Source: an uncultured Gemmataceae bacterium (GTDB lineage Bacteria; Planctomycetota; Planctomycetia; Gemmatales; Gemmataceae). Taken from it: DNA of 64,000 bases. The DNA lies in contig CAVVPN010000003.1 of the NCBI GenBank assembly GCA_963750165.1, positions 1,568,001 to 1,632,000 of the forward strand. Reading direction: 5' to 3'. Positions 61,285 to 64,000 of the stretch are shown here, piece after piece. The notes under the pieces were generated by a model. It worked only from the letters and a program-made list of their open reading frames with translations. It had not been told where the DNA came from and did not search any database. Within the stretch, counting starts at the first letter, position 1. Each line of letters opens with the position of its first letter. A program made the translations under genes and the position numbers.

Positions 61285-62540
61285 CGTTTGAGGTGCCGAT
61301 CCGCAAACTCCACATAGCGCAGCCAGTCGTAGCGCGTGATGTCGTGCGTGCCGGCGCGACGGTGGTAGCCGATGGCGCCCATCACCGGGGTGTCGTCCGC
61401 GGGCGGTTCGTCCGCGGCCAACCCTTGCTTGCCGAACAGCGCGTACACCGGCCCCGCCAGCTTCGCCGACAGAAATTCGCCGCGCGGGTCCGCCCACAGG
61501 TCCTTCGAGGCGCTGGCCACGTACAGCGGCCTTGGCGCCACCAGTGCCATCAACATCTGTTGATCCACCGGCAGGTCGTCCTCCTTGTTGTTGTACTTGC
61601 GGAAGTTGGCGCAGAACCAGTGCGGGAACGACGTGTTGATGCGGGCCACGGTTTCGCCGAAGCGGCGCCGGAACAGCGACGCGCCACCGCAACCGGAGTC
61701 GTTGCTAATGACGATGGCGAACCGCCGATCCGTCGCCCCCGCCCACAGCGCCGTCTTGCCGAGCCGTGAGTGGCCCAGCACGATGACGCGCGTGGCGTCA
61801 ATGTCGGGGTCCGTTTCAAAGTAGTCCAGCGCCCGGCTCAGGCCCCACGCCCAGGCGGCGATGGTGCCCCAGTCGTCGCCTTTGCGCTGCGCGCCCGGTT
61901 TGCCGTAGAGCGCATGCACGCCCTTCTCGAACGCGATCCTGGCGTTATCGGGTTCGATGTCGCCGCAGTAGATGGTGGCAACACCGTAGCCCTTCGCCAG
62001 GATGTCCTCGATAGGCCAGCGGCTCGCGGCCTTGCCGCGGTCCGTTTCCGCCGGCGGTTTGGCCGTCCAGCCGGTCGGCAAGCTGATGCCGGGGTCGCTG
62101 TGGACGGTGTGGTTGCCGCCGAAGTTCAGACCGACGAACAGCGGCACCTTGCCCTTCGCCCCGGCCGGCAGGTAAATGAGGATGTCCATCTTCGGCCCCT
62201 GCTTGTCGGCGCTGAAGTAGACCCGCACCTCCTTGCGCACCGCCTTGCCGCCAAGCGCTTTCCGGTCGATGGAGCGCACCTCGAACGTCATGCCTTTCGG
62301 GCGCCCCGGGGCCTTGCCGTAGACGTGCGTCTCGTACAGCTTGAGGATTTCCGGCCGGCGCTTCGCCTCCCAGGTGTTGGCGTCGGACACCTTACGGCCG
62401 TCGAGGCAGGTGAGCAGGTCGGGCAGGGTGTATTTCGGCACCTTGCTCTCGTCGTAGTTCGGCTTGAAGGGCTGCTGGCCGTGGACGGTGCAGGCGGCCA
62501 GCAGGACGAGAGCGGCGAGTAGCAGCGCAAGGCGGTACAT
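61281..62540 (-). CDS. CE15 glucuronoyl-esterase-like secreted esterase
   Basis: NYDESKVPKYTLPD, WGTIAAWAWGLSRALDY, GHSRLGKTALWAGA, SGCGG and LPVDQ...APRP. Confidence 0.88.
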   Translation of the reverse strand: MYRLALLLAALVLLAACTVHGQQPFKPNYDESKVPKYTLPDLLTCLDGRKVSDANTWEAKRRPEILKLYETHVYGKAPGRPKGMTFEVRSIDRKALGGKAVRKEVRVYFSADKQGPKMDILIYLPAGAKGKVPLFVGLNFGGNHTVHSDPGISLPTGWTAKPPAETDRGKAASRWPIEDILAKGYGVATIYCGDIEPDNARIAFEKGVHALYGKPGAQRKGDDWGTIAAWAWGLSRALDYFETDPDIDATRVIVLGHSRLGKTALWAGATDRRFAIVISNDSGCGGASLFRRRFGETVARINTSFPHWFCANFRKYNNKEDDLPVDQQMLMALVAPRPLYVASASKDLWADPRGEFLSAKLAGPVYALFGKQGLAADEPPADDTPVMGAIGYHRRAGTHDITRYDWLRYVEFADRHLKR

Positions 62541-62746
62541 GGTGGCGGTCTCCGGGTTGGACGGGCGACGCGATTATCATGGGCGGCGGCAGGGCGGCGT
62601 GCAAGGGGGCACTGTGATTGTCGGGGTATGGACAGATTCCTGGCGGATGGCCCGTTGACACAACTGGCCCGGTCGCTTAGGCTTTCCGCTTTAGGCGATA
62701 ACCGGGGACGGCCTCTCCCCCAAACCCTTCACCCCAAAACGGCACC

Positions 62747-64000
62747 ATGAGTCAAACGCTTTCCGTCAGCACACCGGGCCCGTACCCCACGGCGCCGAAT
62801 GCTTACCGGCTGTTGTGGGCCGGTTTCTTTGCCATCTTCGCCTCGGGCGTCGGCTTCTCCGTCCGCGGCGGCATTCTGCTGGACTGGGCCAACCAGTACG
62901 GCTTCACCATGTCGGAGTTGGGCGGCATCACCGGCGGTGGCCTGACTGGCTTCGGCATCATCATCATCCTCGGCTCCTTCATCGCCGACCGCGTCGGTCA
63001 CGGCCGGCTCATGGTGCTCGCGTTCATCCTGCACCTGCTGTCGGCGGCCCTGCAGCTGGCCACCGCCCCGATTTACGAACAGTTCGGCCGCGACGCCACC
63101 TACTGGTCGCTGTATGTCGCCATGTTCATGTTCTCGATCGCCAACGGCACCTGCGAGGCGGTGGTCAACCCGATGGTGGCGACGCTGTTCCCCAAGAAAA
63201 AAACGCATTACCTCAACATCCTGCACGCCGGCTGGCCGGGCGGCCTGATCGCGGGCGGCCTGGTGGCCTACTTCATGAACGGCGGCAGCATCGGCGACTG
63301 GGTGCCGCTCGGCAAGGTGCCGTGGCTCATCCAGATGTCAATGTTCCTGGTGCCGACCGCGATTTACGGCCTGCTCATGCTCGGCCAGAAGTTTCCGAAG
63401 TCCGAGGCCGGCGAGGCGGGCGTCAGTTACGGCACCATGCTGGCGCAGTTTCTGGCGCCGGTGCTGCTGGTGTTGCTGCTGCTGCACGCCCTGGTCGGCT
63501 ACGTCGAGCTGGGCACCGACAGCTGGATCAGCAAGATCACCGGCAGCATCCTGGGCGACCCCAAGAACGGCCTGCTGCTGTTCGTCTACACTTCGGGGTT
63601 GATGTTCGCGCTGCGGTTCTTCGGCGGCCCGATCGAGCAGCGGCTGTCGCCGCTGGGACTGCTGTGCCTGAGTGGTGTGTTCGGCTGCATCGGCCTGACG
63701 CTGCTGGGCAACGCCACGGGCGTGGTGTTGTGCGTGCTGGCGGCCACGGTGTACGCGCTGGGCAAGACGTTCCTGTGGCCGACGATGCTGGCGGTGGCGT
63801 CGGAGCGCTTCCCGCGCGGCGGGGCGCTCGTCATCGGCATGATGGGGGGCGTCGGCATGTTGTCGGCCGGCGAGCTGGGGGCGCGGGGTATCGGCTTCAA
63901 GCAGGACTACTACTCCACGCAGCAGTTGCAGACCGAAGGGCAGAAGGCCAAGGCGGCCTACGAGCGCTACCAGGCGCCGGAGACGAACACGTTCCTGTTC
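62747..64000 (+). CDS. MFS transporter (runs off the window end)
   Basis: Manual translation MSQTLS...LLWAGFFAIFASGVGFSVRG...IADRVGHGRLM...EAVVNPMVATLFP...LNILHAGWPGG, with many TM helices. Confidence 0.88.
   Translation, partial: MSQTLSVSTPGPYPTAPNAYRLLWAGFFAIFASGVGFSVRGGILLDWANQYGFTMSELGGITGGGLTGFGIIIILGSFIADRVGHGRLMVLAFILHLLSAALQLATAPIYEQFGRDATYWSLYVAMFMFSIANGTCEAVVNPMVATLFPKKKTHYLNILHAGWPGGLIAGGLVAYFMNGGSIGDWVPLGKVPWLIQMSMFLVPTAIYGLLMLGQKFPKSEAGEAGVSYGTMLAQFLAPVLLVLLLLHALVGYVELGTDSWISKITGSILGDPKNGLLLFVYTSGLMFALRFFGGPIEQRLSPLGLLCLSGVFGCIGLTLLGNATGVVLCVLAATVYALGKTFLWPTMLAVASERFPRGGALVIGMMGGVGMLSAGELGARGIGFKQDYYSTQQLQTEGQKAKAAYERYQAPETNTFLF

Noticed and set aside
1..64000. tRNA, rRNA or known riboswitch
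   Set aside because: None was recognised by eye; a covariance-model scan would be needed to exclude them.

Overview
High-GC bacterial window, most likely Planctomycetota (Gemmataceae-like). This is inferred from the TIGR03000-type protein, the gene families and the dense palindromic intergenic repeats. Layout: (1) a RelE/ParE-like toxin and a minus-strand LPS operon (lpxK, DHS-like gene, hldE, waaF, multi-domain LPS kinase, WaaG-like GT4) at 0.3-8.8 kb. (2) A type II secretion cluster at 9.3-28.7 kb. Its secretin is about 2,160 aa once a 1-nt frameshift is repaired, with about 13 N-domain repeats and Gly/Phe-rich loops. (3) Secreted hydrolases at 29-40 kb. (4) A partly decayed conflict/immunity-like island at 40.4-52.4 kb: RyR domain, two paralogous kinase-like + TPR-S (DUF4071-like) genes, an LRR-Roc-COR-TIR Roco protein with near-identical variable LRR cassettes, a LysR regulator and a truncated DUF4062/NB-ARC gene. 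(5) Metabolic genes at 53-64 kb. A ~120-nt promoter-bearing structured element occurs twice, about 44 kb apart, and is a candidate sRNA. About eight single-base frameshifts in otherwise intact genes, mostly in short G/C runs, look like long-read consensus errors. No rRNA, tRNA, CRISPR array, integrase or transposase was recognised. Family assignments come from motif recognition, not database searches.
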